Positions 13,900-26,900 of a stretch of 64,000 nt of DNA are shown in pieces; position 1 is the stretch's first letter, and each line of letters opens with the position of its first letter. The DNA lies in the NCBI GenBank assembly GCA_951406725.2, contig OX597816.1, positions 372,001-436,000 of the forward strand, given 5' to 3'. The notes under the pieces are model-generated. The model did not search any database. It was given only the letters and a program-made list of their open reading frames with translations, and was not told where the DNA came from. The translations under genes were made by a program, and so were the position numbers. Origin of the DNA: Octopus vulgaris. Taxonomy: Eukaryota.

Positions 13900-16800
13900 G
13901 GCGAGCTGGCAGAAACGTTAGTGCGCCAGGCGATATGCTTAGCGGTATTTTGTCTGCCGTTACGTTCTGAGTTCAAATTCCACCGAGGTCGACTTTGCCT
14001 TTCATTCTTTCGGGGTCGATAAATAAAGTACCAGTTACACACTGGGGTCGATGTAATTGACTTAATCCCTTTGTCTGTCTTTGTCCCCTCTATGTTTAGC
14101 CCCTTGTGGGCAATAAAGAAATATATACATATATATATATATATTCAGGAGAGAGTAAAACAGTAAAATGACAATACACTCAATAATGAATATAAATTTT
14201 CATAGGTTATATTTTATTATAGACTAGCACACCCATGTTGGCCAAAATGTTGACAATTTTATTAACGATAGAAAATAGCACATCAATACAATGAGGGACA
14301 CTTAATACATGTCAGCAATCTAGTAAATATATATACCAGGAGTAGTAGAGGGAGGACAGGGGAGGAAGAGGAGGAAAGAGAGAGGGATAGAAGGGATGAG
14401 GAGGGTGAGGACAGGGGGAGAAGGCCAAGGGAGGAAAGCTGTATCTCAAGAATTTAAAAAGTATAACATCTTCTATGCGCAGTAATATATATATATAAAA
14501 AGGGCTTGAAAAAGAAAGCCATGGAACTGAAAAGCTTAAGTTTAGTTATTTTACAAGATTTTATATTTTCTTTGTATTCATCATCATCGTTTAACGTCTG
14601 CTTTCCATGCTAGCATGGGTTGGACGAACCAGATGGCTGCACTAGGCTTCAATCTTGATCTGGCAGAGTTTCTACAGCTGGATGCCCTTCCTAACGCCAA
14701 CCAAGAGTGTAGTGGGTGCTTTTACATGCCACCGGCACGGGGCCAGTCAGGCAGCACTGGCAATGACCTCGCTCGAATCTTTTACACATGCCACCGGCGC
14801 GGGTGCCAGTAAGGTGACGCTGGTAATGATGATGCTCGAATGGTGTCTTTTACGTGCCACCGGCATGGAGGTCAGATAGTCGCTCTGGCAATGATCACGC
14901 TCGGATGGTGCTCTTAATACCCTACTAGCACGGGGCTCAAGTGCCAGTAGTGCGACACTGGTAACGATCACACTCGAATGGTGCCTTTTAAGTGCCACTG
15001 GCATGGAAGCCGGTTAGCCGCTCTGTCAATGATTACACCCATATGGTGCTCTTTGCACCCCGCTAGCACGGACGCCTGTCATCAAATTTGATTTTGATTT
15101 TTGATTTTTGATTTCACTTGCCTCAACAGGTCATTGCAAGCAGAGTTTTAGTGTCCAAAGAAGGAAAAGGTACGCATAAGTGGGCTGGTAATGCCCCTGG
15201 CATAGGCCACGAGATTATGGTCTCATTTGGCTTGCCGGATCTTCTCACGCACGGCATATTTCCAAAAGTCTTGGTCCCTAGTCATATCCTCGGTGAGGCT
15301 CAAAGTTCGAAGGTCATGCTTCACCACTTCATCCCAGGTCTTCCTGGGTCTACCTCTTCCACAGGTTCCCTCAACCGCTAGGGTGTGGCACTTTTTCACA
15401 CAGCTGTCTTCATCCATTCTCGCCACATGACCATACCAGCACAGTCGTCTCTCTTGCACACCACATCTGATGCTTCTTAGGTCCAACTTTTCTCTCAAGG
15501 TACTTACACTCTGTCGAGTATGCACACTGACATTACACATCCATCGGATCATACTGGCTTCATTCCTTGCAAGCTTATGCATGTCCTCTGCAGTCACATC
15601 CCATGTTTCACTGCCATGTAGCATGGCTGTTCGTACACATGCGTACAGCCATGCTACATAGCAGTATTCTGTAAGATAATGAAAACAGTTACTAAAAGGT
15701 GACAGATGCTGAACAAATAATGATGAATATATTTCTCTCCATAATCTTAAAACATTTTATTCTAAAATGGAAGTCAGTTCTAGCTGGCATGTTCCATATA
15801 TAATGAAAGAAATAAAAATCTGCAAAGCTGAAATACCTTCAATACACATGCAATTCGTACAGGTATTGTTGCTTGGTACAATATCTCCATAGCTGTAACT
15901 CATGTGGTCTTCTTTGCAACCTGAAAATAAACCGTGAATTACATAGTAAATATGAAATTTCTGCTGGGAATTCTTAATACATTTCTGCTTAGTTATGTGT
16001 GAGAGAGAGAGAGAGCTGCTCATGGTCTTGTGGAGGTGTCTGAATTTACAAAAGGTTACTACATTAAATATTTTGAAAGTTTTGTATCAAAAACATAAAT
16101 GCAATTTCCCCAATGTAGTTTTAAGTATATTTGGGCTGTGGTAATATAATATAGAAGAGTTAGTTAGCCTGGAATCTAACTTTAGAGGAGCTCAAGGTAG
16201 ATTATCATCAATCCACACTGACATAGTTTGAAAGGATCCAGCTGGTCCAAGGCCCGCATTGTGCTCCAATGCCTGGTTTCTATGACTCAATGCCATTCCT
16301 ATTGCCAGCCTCTTTACAGAGTGCACTGGGTGCTTTTTAGCGGACACTAACACAAGTGAGGTCACCATGCAGTGTACAGGACTACAAAACTTGAGAGAGG
16401 TGACTTTATGCTAAGAGATGAAGGATTCAGGTGAGAGAGAAGGAACCAGAGCAGAACCGGTTCCTTGCTGTTGAGAAGCTACATGACTACTCACATTTTA
16501 CACGAGAGGGTGGAGGGTTGGTTTGGAGAAGAGAAGAGAGGGCTGACAAGGTGTCAGTGTGGACCCTTAATGTAAGAAGTGAGTTGAAGTGAAAGAGAGC
16601 AAAAGAACCAGGAGTGTTGATGAGGCAAGGTTAAAAACGTGTATGAGATGATGAATAGGAATGGATGAGGCGATGAATAGGAATGGATGAGGCAGTGAAT
16701 CGAGTGGACGAAGAACAAGTTTAGGTAATGAGACAAAGGGATTCAGTAAGGAAGTCAATAATGATAATCATAAATTAGGGTTTTTTTTAATTATTAAATC

Positions 16801-18861
16801 CCTCCAAATTCTTGATTATTTTCAGAATTTATTGAAACATAGGAAGTGTAGTTGGTTAGAAATTCGGTCATGAAAGAGTTAAACCATCAACATTACTCTA
16901 CTTTTAAATTAGAAATAATTTAGAAATACTTTAATAAGAAAATCAAGTGAAAATAACACAGTCATCTCACAATACAATAATTGTTTCTGATTTAAATACA
17001 AAGCCAGAAATGTTGAGACAAAGAGGTTAGTCAGTAGCATCAATCTCAGTGTTTGATGGGTACTTTATTAACTGTGAAGGAATGAAAGACAAAGTTGGAG
17101 GGATTTGAACTGAGAGGGGGGCAAAAACATTGAAACAACTGCCATGAGACATTTTCTTTCAAAGCTCTTCTGCCAGCCCATCTGCTTAACCCTTTGCTAC
17201 TGACCCTTACTCCAGGCTATATAATACAAACATCCTGTCTAAAAGGAAATGCTCCAACAAAATTTCACATTAATTTAATCTAAATATTAACAAAATGGTT
17301 TCCCTAAATTTTACTTTATCTTCAAAATTAATTAAAACACAGAGTATTTCTATAATAATATGCAAACGAAAGAGTTAACTCACAATACAATCACACAGCA
17401 CAAAGTATATCTACAATCAACACATAGAGAAGACTTCAAGTTCAAAACAAAAACACAGAGACAAATAGATAACCCGAAAAGCCCAGGACTGACAAGTATT
17501 TACAACATACAGGACATAGCAATGCAAAGCAATTTATGAATAAAGTATTGTAAATATAATAGAATATAGAAAATCAAAAGAAAACAGCACATACCAAAGC
17601 ATACAGAGCTGTATTCAATAATGCAGACAAGGTCAAAAAAGAAAAAAAATTTAAACCACAGGATATTAAGAGCAGAGATAAAAATCAAAGCTTCAAAAGT
17701 GAAAAGTGTCTGTTATGAAATGCAGCAGACACGATAATGAGAGAAAGCTTAATTACTCAACTGAATGGGATTTTACCTTTGCACTGAGGACAGCATTTTC
17801 CTTTTGGTGTTATGACATTCCTGCAATCAAGTTTATCACAGGAGTCGACTGTTTTACACAGTATATCCCCTTGGCTACAGTAACATTCTTGGCATCCATT
17901 TCCAGAAAGTGTGAAGACATCATCGTTCAATACTATTTTCTCATCAACCAGGCAGTCTACAAGAAAAACAGAATTGTTTTCAGATTTACAGAGATATTTT
18001 TTTATGCTTTTAACATCCTGGTAACACACACACACACACACACATATCAGCACAAATATATAGATCACATGACGTTAATTGATAGTAAATGACATTTTTA
18101 CATTTGCTTTCTACGCTGGAATGGGTTGGATGGTTAGACAGAATCCAATGGCTTGGAGGATGACATCTTGCACCAATGTCTCAGTTTTGACATGGTTTCT
18201 ATGGCTAGATGTTTTTCCAAATGCCAACACTTAACAGAGTGTACCAGAAACTTTTCCATGGCACCAGTACTAGTGAGGTTGCCTTGTAACTCACAAGACC
18301 AACAGGCTTCTTAGCTCAAGAGTGGGAACAGGAGATGGTGCGGGGGCTTTATATAAGGTGTTGGGAAGGTAATGTATGATGGGAGGATTAGGAAGAGGTT
18401 TGTTGTGGAGGAGATTCGTGGTTGCTTTACATTTTAGATGGGTGGCTGGAGGGGTGCCAGAACATAATCTCAAGCGGGTATGACCAAAGAAGTGAATAGA
18501 AGACAGCATAGAGTGAAAGATGGCTATAAGCAAGGGTTGGATGCAGTCAGATGGCTGCAGGAACATAGGGAAACAAAGCAGACCGGTACACTACAGTTGT
18601 GTTTTTAAATGCTTTTGTCAGAAAAATCAGTTTTTTAAAACTAAAACATGAAAAATATATAAAGAATACATTTTCTTGAAACATTAATAAATTATTCACA
18701 TAAAAAGAATAAAATAATCAGTTGCCTGAAATATGTTACCATGACAACGAGGACAACATTCTCCATCAGGAAGTACCGGGTATTTACACTCAATTGATGG
18801 ACACACCTTTTGCTCACATTTGACAGTGCCATTCTGCAATATCAGAAGTTAAAATACTCAA

Positions 18862-18893
<32 letters not shown>

Positions 18894-20903
18894 CAAATAT
18901 AAAACATTAAAGTAGAAGATTACAGAGGATAATTTATAAGTGAGCTGAAAATCATTCAATTTTAAGAGAAAATGTCTTAAAAATTAAGTTCACAAATTCT
19001 AAGCAAGAAAGAATAAAGAACTCTTCAAAACATTGTTACCATCTGAGAAGAGGCCATACTTAAAATGGCAAAATGGTAGACAAAGGATTTCATACTTTGT
19101 ATCAAATGTAATAATGTATAAAAATCCAAGAGACACAGTGGGATCACAGGCAGGTTCACAGAAATGCAAGATTTCATACATAGATGCAGAGAAGTAGTTT
19201 AGCAGTAAGGGCCCATCATCAAATTAACATCCATTTTCCTGTACTTGGTTGGGTGAAACAGAATTCCCTAAGGCAGATTTTCTACAGTTGGGTGCACTTC
19301 CTGTTTGCTAGGGTCAAAAATTCCATCACTGAAGCTGCACAGAAGGCTAATAGTTGCCTTTAGATAAAAAGGAGAGCCCAGTGGTTTGCTGCTGGGATGC
19401 AAGCTGGAAATTGATGCATCTCAGGTGAGTCAACTGTGCAAGGGAGGCTGATGTTGAAAGACCTGGAACCCTGTAAGATCCCAGAAACACCACCGATGAT
19501 GCATCCCAGGGAATCTGCGAGATATATCTTGGAAGCAAATAGCCAAACATATTTTTAAGAGAAACTGGAAATGTACGACACAGCTTATATGACAGAGACA
19601 CTTGTCTTCATCATATACAACTTATATGACACAAACACAAACACACACACATATATACGTATCCATATATACACACATGCATGCATACACACACAAATTA
19701 TAGCTGCTCACTTGTGACTGAAGGTCATCACTGACCATTAAGAATATTGTAAACTCAGACAAATTTATACTTTACACTTGTGGCCTTTGCCGGTGACTAA
19801 TAAGCTCAGCCCTTGATAAACATCCACTGCACAGGTTGTGCGTTTTTGAGCAGCTTACTTAAATTCTGCATGGAAAGTGCATGTTTCTTTCAAAAACACC
19901 AACTCCTCCTCCTCCTCCTTCCTTTACTTGGTTTTTCTTTTCCCATTGGTGGTGGTAACAAGCATTGCTTCCCCAACTGGCTTCCCATATTTCCCATGCT
20001 TTCAACGAGGATCTTACACAATCCTTAAATCATAGTCTTGATTTCTGCTCTGGGCTCTCCGCAAACAAGTTCACCATACAGAGTTTGTTTAGGCATCCTC
20101 TGATCATTCATCCAAACAAGATGTCCAATCCAATGTAAATGGTGCTTGTGCACCGTTGTTTCAATGCTCAGGACATCTGTTCTTTCCAAGAGTTCTGTTC
20201 CTGGAGTCAGCCAACATTCAGAACATGTCTGAGACATCTCTGATGGAAGCATTCAAGGTCTCCTACATGATGCCAGTAAAGGCTCCATGTCTCATATGAG
20301 TAAAGGAGTGATGCCAGAATACGCACACACACACACACAGAAAGTGCACAACAACTTTTGTCTGCCTTGTGATGCCATGTTGGGACTGGATATAAGACTC
20401 AAAAGAGCCCTGAAGGAATCAGTTGCCTTCTGAAGCCTCTGAGGTATTTCATCATCCAAGGAGCAAGAACAGCTGAGTGTGCTGCCCAGGCAGATCAATT
20501 TCACTCACAATATGGAAAGTAACTTCTATAATGGCCCTGGTTCGACCAAAGCCCTGTGAGTCAGTTTCACAGAAAGAAACTGGAAGAAGCCTCTGTGTGT
20601 GTGTGTGTGTGTGCCCTTATCTTCATATTACACAATGATTGTAAATTACCATCGCCATCATACAGGTGAAGTTGTTCACTTCCAGTCTTCTGAGAAAAAC
20701 ATGTCTGACCATGGAGAAATATTACCTTACTTGGAAACAGGTGACCGTTTCAATAAACGAAGAGCATCCAGCTTTTAGAATATCTGCCTCAACAAACTCC
20801 AAATGACCCCTACCCACATGGAAAAGTGGACACATGAACAATAATAATGATAATGTGATTTGTAATTAGATATGAATTAGTGTCAATGTCTGTGTGTGTG
20901 TGT

Positions 20904-20942
<39 letters not shown>

Positions 20943-23900
20943 TGTGTGTGTGTGCATATGTAGACATCACATTCTCAAAAAGGAAAATATGTAAGAAAAT
21001 ATGTTTCCTTTTTAACGGAAAGCCATATCAAAATGAGTGAAAGATAATTAGAAAAATAACAAGAAAACTTACCAAACAAACACAATGTTGGCAGTGGCCT
21101 TCTATCCATTGAGAGCCATTGGGATGTTGACCACAGTCCATACAAGTAGGACAGCATTCGTTAGCCAGAACAACAGGTGTGTGACAAGAATCAAGAGAAG
21201 TACACACTTTTTCCTCACAGAACACATTGCCTTTCTGACAAGAACATGTTTGACAGGGGTCCGTGGAAGGAGTGAAGGAACTATTCAAGGCATGGAAATT
21301 CTCATCATAATTACAGCCAACTGAAATATAGATTTTAAAAAAAAACCTGTCAATATACAATAACGATGCAGTTAATTAAACTTATACTCCATTAACAGAA
21401 CGATGAGACAAAAAGAACTAACCACATTTATGGACATTATTTACATTATCTACATTTGACAGATATGTCCTCATATGGTATTGTGGTTAAGAGCGCTGGC
21501 TACTAACTCCAAGATTCCGAGTTCGATTCCAGGCTGTGACCTGAATAATAATAATAATAACATCATAAAATAAACTTAAGAATGAGAACCCAGGTTTGAA
21601 ATTTCCCCAAGACACCTGATGAAGGCTGGAGGGTATATCAGCCGAAACGCTGTGTTAACAACAAATAAGATAAGGACAAATATCTTTCAAATGTAAATAA
21701 TGTAAATAATTCCTCATCTCTTAAATATAGAACTTCACATTTATGGAGTTTGACTCTTCTGATACCCGACCACCACTTTAGACTGCCCCTGCTTCAAGGA
21801 TACAAAAAAAAAACTTTCTTGTTTTAAAATGATTTAAATTAAAACATTCCCTCAAAATTTCATGTTACAAACACCAGTTTATGAAAGACAAAATTATTTT
21901 ACTAAATTCTTCCTTATTTCCAAAATTAATGCACTTGAGCAGTAATATGGTAACAAAGAGGTTAACACTTATTCTTTCAACAAATATATGGAAGCATAAT
22001 CATGAGTTTAAATCTTGTTAAAGACATTACATAAAGACATAAAGCACGAAGCACACCTGTTTGACTTACCTGGAAGAGGAAACGGTTGTTCTTTTAGAAT
22101 GGCTTACCTTTACAACTTGGACAGCATTCCCCTGTAGCTGTGGCAGGGAAGAGACATGAAACCTCAGGGCAGAGCACAGGCTGACAGTCAATAAAATCTG
22201 ACTGAAGAAATATAGTTAAAAAGAGGAAAATAAATGGGTTGATGAATATAATCAGAGATTTACAGTTAAAAGCAAGAAAAATGAAATAATTCTCTAATTT
22301 TAGACCATCTCCTACAATATGAAAGAAGAAAAAATGGTCCAAATACTTCTAAATGTCTTTTCATTTAAGTACAAAAATAGCTGCTAATGTTTGAAAATCT
22401 GACGGAATTTTTGTTGTTGTTTTTTATCACATAGAGACACAAAGCATGGCTGCGTGATCAAAAAGTTTGCTTTGCAAACAGTTCAACTGTGCAGCACCTT
22501 CAGCAAGTATCTTCTACTATAGCACTGGGCAGACCAATGCCACATAAGTGAATTTAATAGAAAGAAACTAAAGGAAGCTTGAGAGAGAAGGAGAGATAGG
22601 GGGGAGGATGGATGTGTGTGTGCATGCTTCCCTATGTAAATAATGTCATTCTTTGTTGAGAGTAGGACTGGTTTGCTCCACACTTTGGAAGACCTTTGAA
22701 ATAAAATGAAAAATCCTTTACTTGAAAAATAGTTAAGGGTTGGTGAAGGGTTGGTGACAGGAAAAGCATTCAGCTGCAAAAATTCCTGCCTCAAATAACT
22801 CCTTGTCTTACCCATACTAGCATGGGAAAACAAACATTAATAAAACAAAAGAACAAATCCAGTGTAGTATATTTATCTATTTAATATAATTCATGTGTTT
22901 TAACCCTTTTGATAGAAACCTACCTGAGACAGACTTGGCTCCATGACAGAAAAAAAATTTCCTGTTTTAAGTCATTTATTTTATAAATTTGCACAAAAAT
23001 TTCCTGTTAATTTATGCCTCAAAGTTGAGCTTAATAACGATAAAATTAGTTTCACATATTTTCAAAATTATTTGAAACAAAAGAAATGAATTTCAACAGA
23101 AATATTTAAGAACAACAAAATGGCAGGTGTACGCAAGGTGGAATAGCTAAGATGTTTGCTTTTCAATTACATGGTCACAGGTTCTGTTCCACTGCATGGT
23201 ACTTTGGGCAAGTGTCTTCTATTATAGCCCTAGGCCAACCAAAGCCTTGTGAGTGGATATAATAATAATAATTGTGTACAGTGCTCAGGTGCACTACAAC
23301 TCATCTAAAGTGTATATATAATCAGGTGAAGTTTCGGCGGATTTCGGAAAGCATGAGGGCCTTAAAAGATGCAGTGTCATGGCAGTCAACAACTGACGCA
23401 GGCAGTTTATTCCATGCTTCAGCAACTCTGAGCGTGAAAAAATGTTTCCGAAAGTCATGGGAGCTGTATTGTTTTCTGACTTTGTAGGCATGTCCACGTG
23501 TGTTAGACACATGGAGATCAAAAAGGTGTTCAGTGTTGTTGTTGGTGAGGTGGTTGATAACTTTGTGGGTGTTTACCAAGTCCGTCGCCAAACGCCGGAG
23601 CTTCAGTGAATCCATGCCCAGGGAAACAAGGCGCTCAGAATATGGTAGGTGTCTGATGGAGGGTATGCATTTGGTTGCACGTCTCTGGACAGATTCCAGG
23701 AGGTCAATGTTCTGTGCAAGATAGGGGTTCCAAACTGATGATGCGAATTCCAAGTGTGGTCGTACCATAGCTGTATACAGTTTTAAATAGATGGCTGGAG
23801 AGCGGCTAACAAAAGACCTGCTGAGTGATGCCAAGACACCCTCGGCCTTCCTGACAATCTTAGAGATATGCTTTGACCAACGCAAATCACTGCTGACAGT

Positions 23901-26900
23901 GATGCCTAGGTCACGCTCGCAAGAGGATTTCTTGATATCAGTGTTGTGGAGGGAGTATGTGAACGCAGGGTTTTTTCTCCCAAAATGCATGGTGGTACAC
24001 TTGTCCACAGCCAGTTTCAGTTGCCAGTCCGTGATCCATTGCTGCATTGTGTCTAGGTCTGATTGCAGGAAAGAGTTGTAGACATCAGGATCTGTCCTCT
24101 TGATTTCAAGGTACAGCTTGATGTCGTCTGCATATTTCAATACTGTGGCATTCTTTAAATTGGCATCTATGTCGTTAATGTATGCCACAAACAAGAGGGG
24201 GCCAAGGACAGATCCCTGTGGTACACCCGATGACATCTCATATGGTGTAGAGTGCTGTCCTAGAACTGTGACTACCTCCTTTCGGCTGAGGATGAAGGAT
24301 TTCAACCAGTTAAAAAGTTATGGTAGACGGAAACTGAAAGAAGCTCCTTATATACATATGTGTGTGTGTGTGTATGTGCGTGTGTGTGTGTATGTGTGTG
24401 TGTGTGTGTGTGTTATTGTCTTTACGTCCTGTGATGGTTGTAAATGAATGTTACCATCATAGAAGCAATATTCTATGAAAACATGTCAGGCCAGGAGGAA
24501 CCCATGCAAGAAAGGAAACGTGAGCATTAAATGATGATGATGATGATGATGATGATGATTAGTAAGTAAATAAACTCTCCTTACCTTACAGGTACAATTG
24601 TTGCACTCAGAGTTGATCCAGGATGTTTTATCAGGTCTATGTCGATTGTGTTCATCTTTACAACCTTGAAAAATACACCAAAACAGATTGCTATAAGAGT
24701 CCACTCCACTCATATCCATGTGGCCACCACCAATGAGAAAACCACAATAAGGTTGTTTACTCTGCAAAAGTAGTAGCCTAAGTCCCCCAAACACACCCAG
24801 TCATCTAAAAGAAAAATTCACATTGGTTGATAAAATCCCTCACATTTGGAAAGACAGTACAAACATCCGCCAGAGATATCTTTCAGCATTGGTCTACTGA
24901 ATTACGGCAAACTGAGGACTAAACAACATTGGACATACAAAAGTAGGCTTGACAGGAAGGAAGCTGGAACAGACCCAAACTGCCACCCTACATCCAATCA
25001 TTTGTATCTATAAAGTGAATTCATCCAATTTGTTCACTTATTAAGTTATTCATCAAGTGATAATTGTAAATGAGAGTCACTGTTATATAAGCAGAGACAT
25101 TTTTTTCAATCTTTGGTGGGAAAATGTCTAATGATGGGCAAATGTTAGGGTTAGTGACAAGAAGGACATCTGACCCTAGAAAAATCTACTTCAAATTGTA
25201 CCTGACCCATGCAAGCATAAAAAGGTGAACAGCAAAAGGATGATGATGGTGGTAGTGATGATGATAATGATGAGGCTGTTGATGGTGGTAGTGATGATAA
25301 TGAAGAACATTGTTTGGTTGTTTCTGCAAGCAGTACAATGTTTAAATATCTATTTACCCATTCATAAGACTCCTCACTGTTGCACTATGTCCTCATCCAA
25401 AATTTATATAAATCTACAGTCATAAATCATATGTTTTACAATTTCTAAAATGTTCAATTCTATTTCCCTCAACACTGCTCTTTATAATAACTATTATTGT
25501 TATTCATTTACATCAGCAGCCATAGTGCTTTGCCATTTTATGGTGCACCCTCCCATCCCAGCAGTCTTTATCCTCTGACCTCTACTGGATATCTTTGTCT
25601 AGAGTACCTCCAATGGCTTACTATACGGAATGCTTCCCCCATCCTTACCCAACGTCTATCTCCTATGGAATGTAGTGATTATGTAGCGCATAAAATGATA
25701 GTGTATGCAGGTTGAAGGCTATTGTATGTTTACGAGGTCTGCCAAATGTGAGCTTTCTTTTCAGATGCATGATGCTGCTGTCTCCCATCCCAGGGTGTCA
25801 CTGGCCCACGTCTTCCACACCCACCAAGTTGGCACACTGAAAAGTAGGTCTAGTGAGAGTGTTGAAATGCTTGAACGGAGACATGTAGATTTGTGTTGCA
25901 TCCAAGAAGTAAGGTGGAGAGGAAGTTCTGCTTGGCTCCTCACAAGCAAAGAACATAGGTATAAGATTTTCTGGGTAGGGAACAGGTAGGGAACACTGAT
26001 GGGGTTGTGGACGTCGGTATACTTCTTGTGGAGAAATGGGTTGATAAGGTAATCAAAGTAGTCAGAGTGACAGAATACTTAAGCTTCGACTAGTACTGCA
26101 ACATGGATTAACAGCCATTATCTCAGCTTCTGCCCCTCAGCCAGGGCTACCTGATGAACAGAAAGACAGATTTTACAACACTCCTTTGCAGACCCCCTCA
26201 TTGACAAATGACAGGGATCTTTGTGGCTGACGACTTCAATAGGCATATTGGACAACATCCAGGGAGCTTCCATGGTGTACTGGAGGCTACAGATTTGGTT
26301 CCCACAGTGAGGAGGGAACCAAGCTGCTGGAGTTCTGTGATGCAAATGATGATCTGTAATTACGAACTTCAGGAAACCTGCCAGTCACCTGTCTGGTGAG
26401 GACACTAGTCAGATTGACTACATTATTACCAGGAACAGAGAAAAATGGCTACTTATAAATGCCAAAATCTTCTCAGGTGAAGAATGCACCCCACAACATA
26501 GGTTAGCAGTCAGCAATTTCAGGATCAGGGCTAAATGGATGCCCAGAAGATGACCAGCATGGAAAAGAAGGGCCTAGAAGCTTAAGGACAGAGATTTAGA
26601 GACGTATTACTTGAAGCTTTTGACAACAAACAGGAGGATGTAGCATCACATAATGTGGAAGACAACTAGAAGTTCCTACAGGACAACCTGTTGCGGGCTA
26701 CTGACGAGATCTGTGGATGGTGCAAAGCCCCCTCTCGACTTAAGGTAACGTGATGGTGGAACAATGTAGTTGACAAGGCCATTAGGGAAAAGAAACATGC
26801 ATGGAAGGACTGGAAGTGCAGTAGTATCCGATCACCAGAAGGGAAGCTACGAGACAGGTTTACTTAGCTAGAGGGAAAGCAGAAGAAAAAAATTTGCCAA

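Noticed and set aside
21477-21545. Functional tRNA gene
   Set aside because: A/B boxes are present but there is no convincing acceptor stem, and it is embedded in a TSD-flanked element
22060-22107. Second donor-like site (cag|gtaag) ~40 nt past the exon 12 donor
   Set aside because: Read-through hits an in-frame TAA (ORF ends at 22094); no evidence of use
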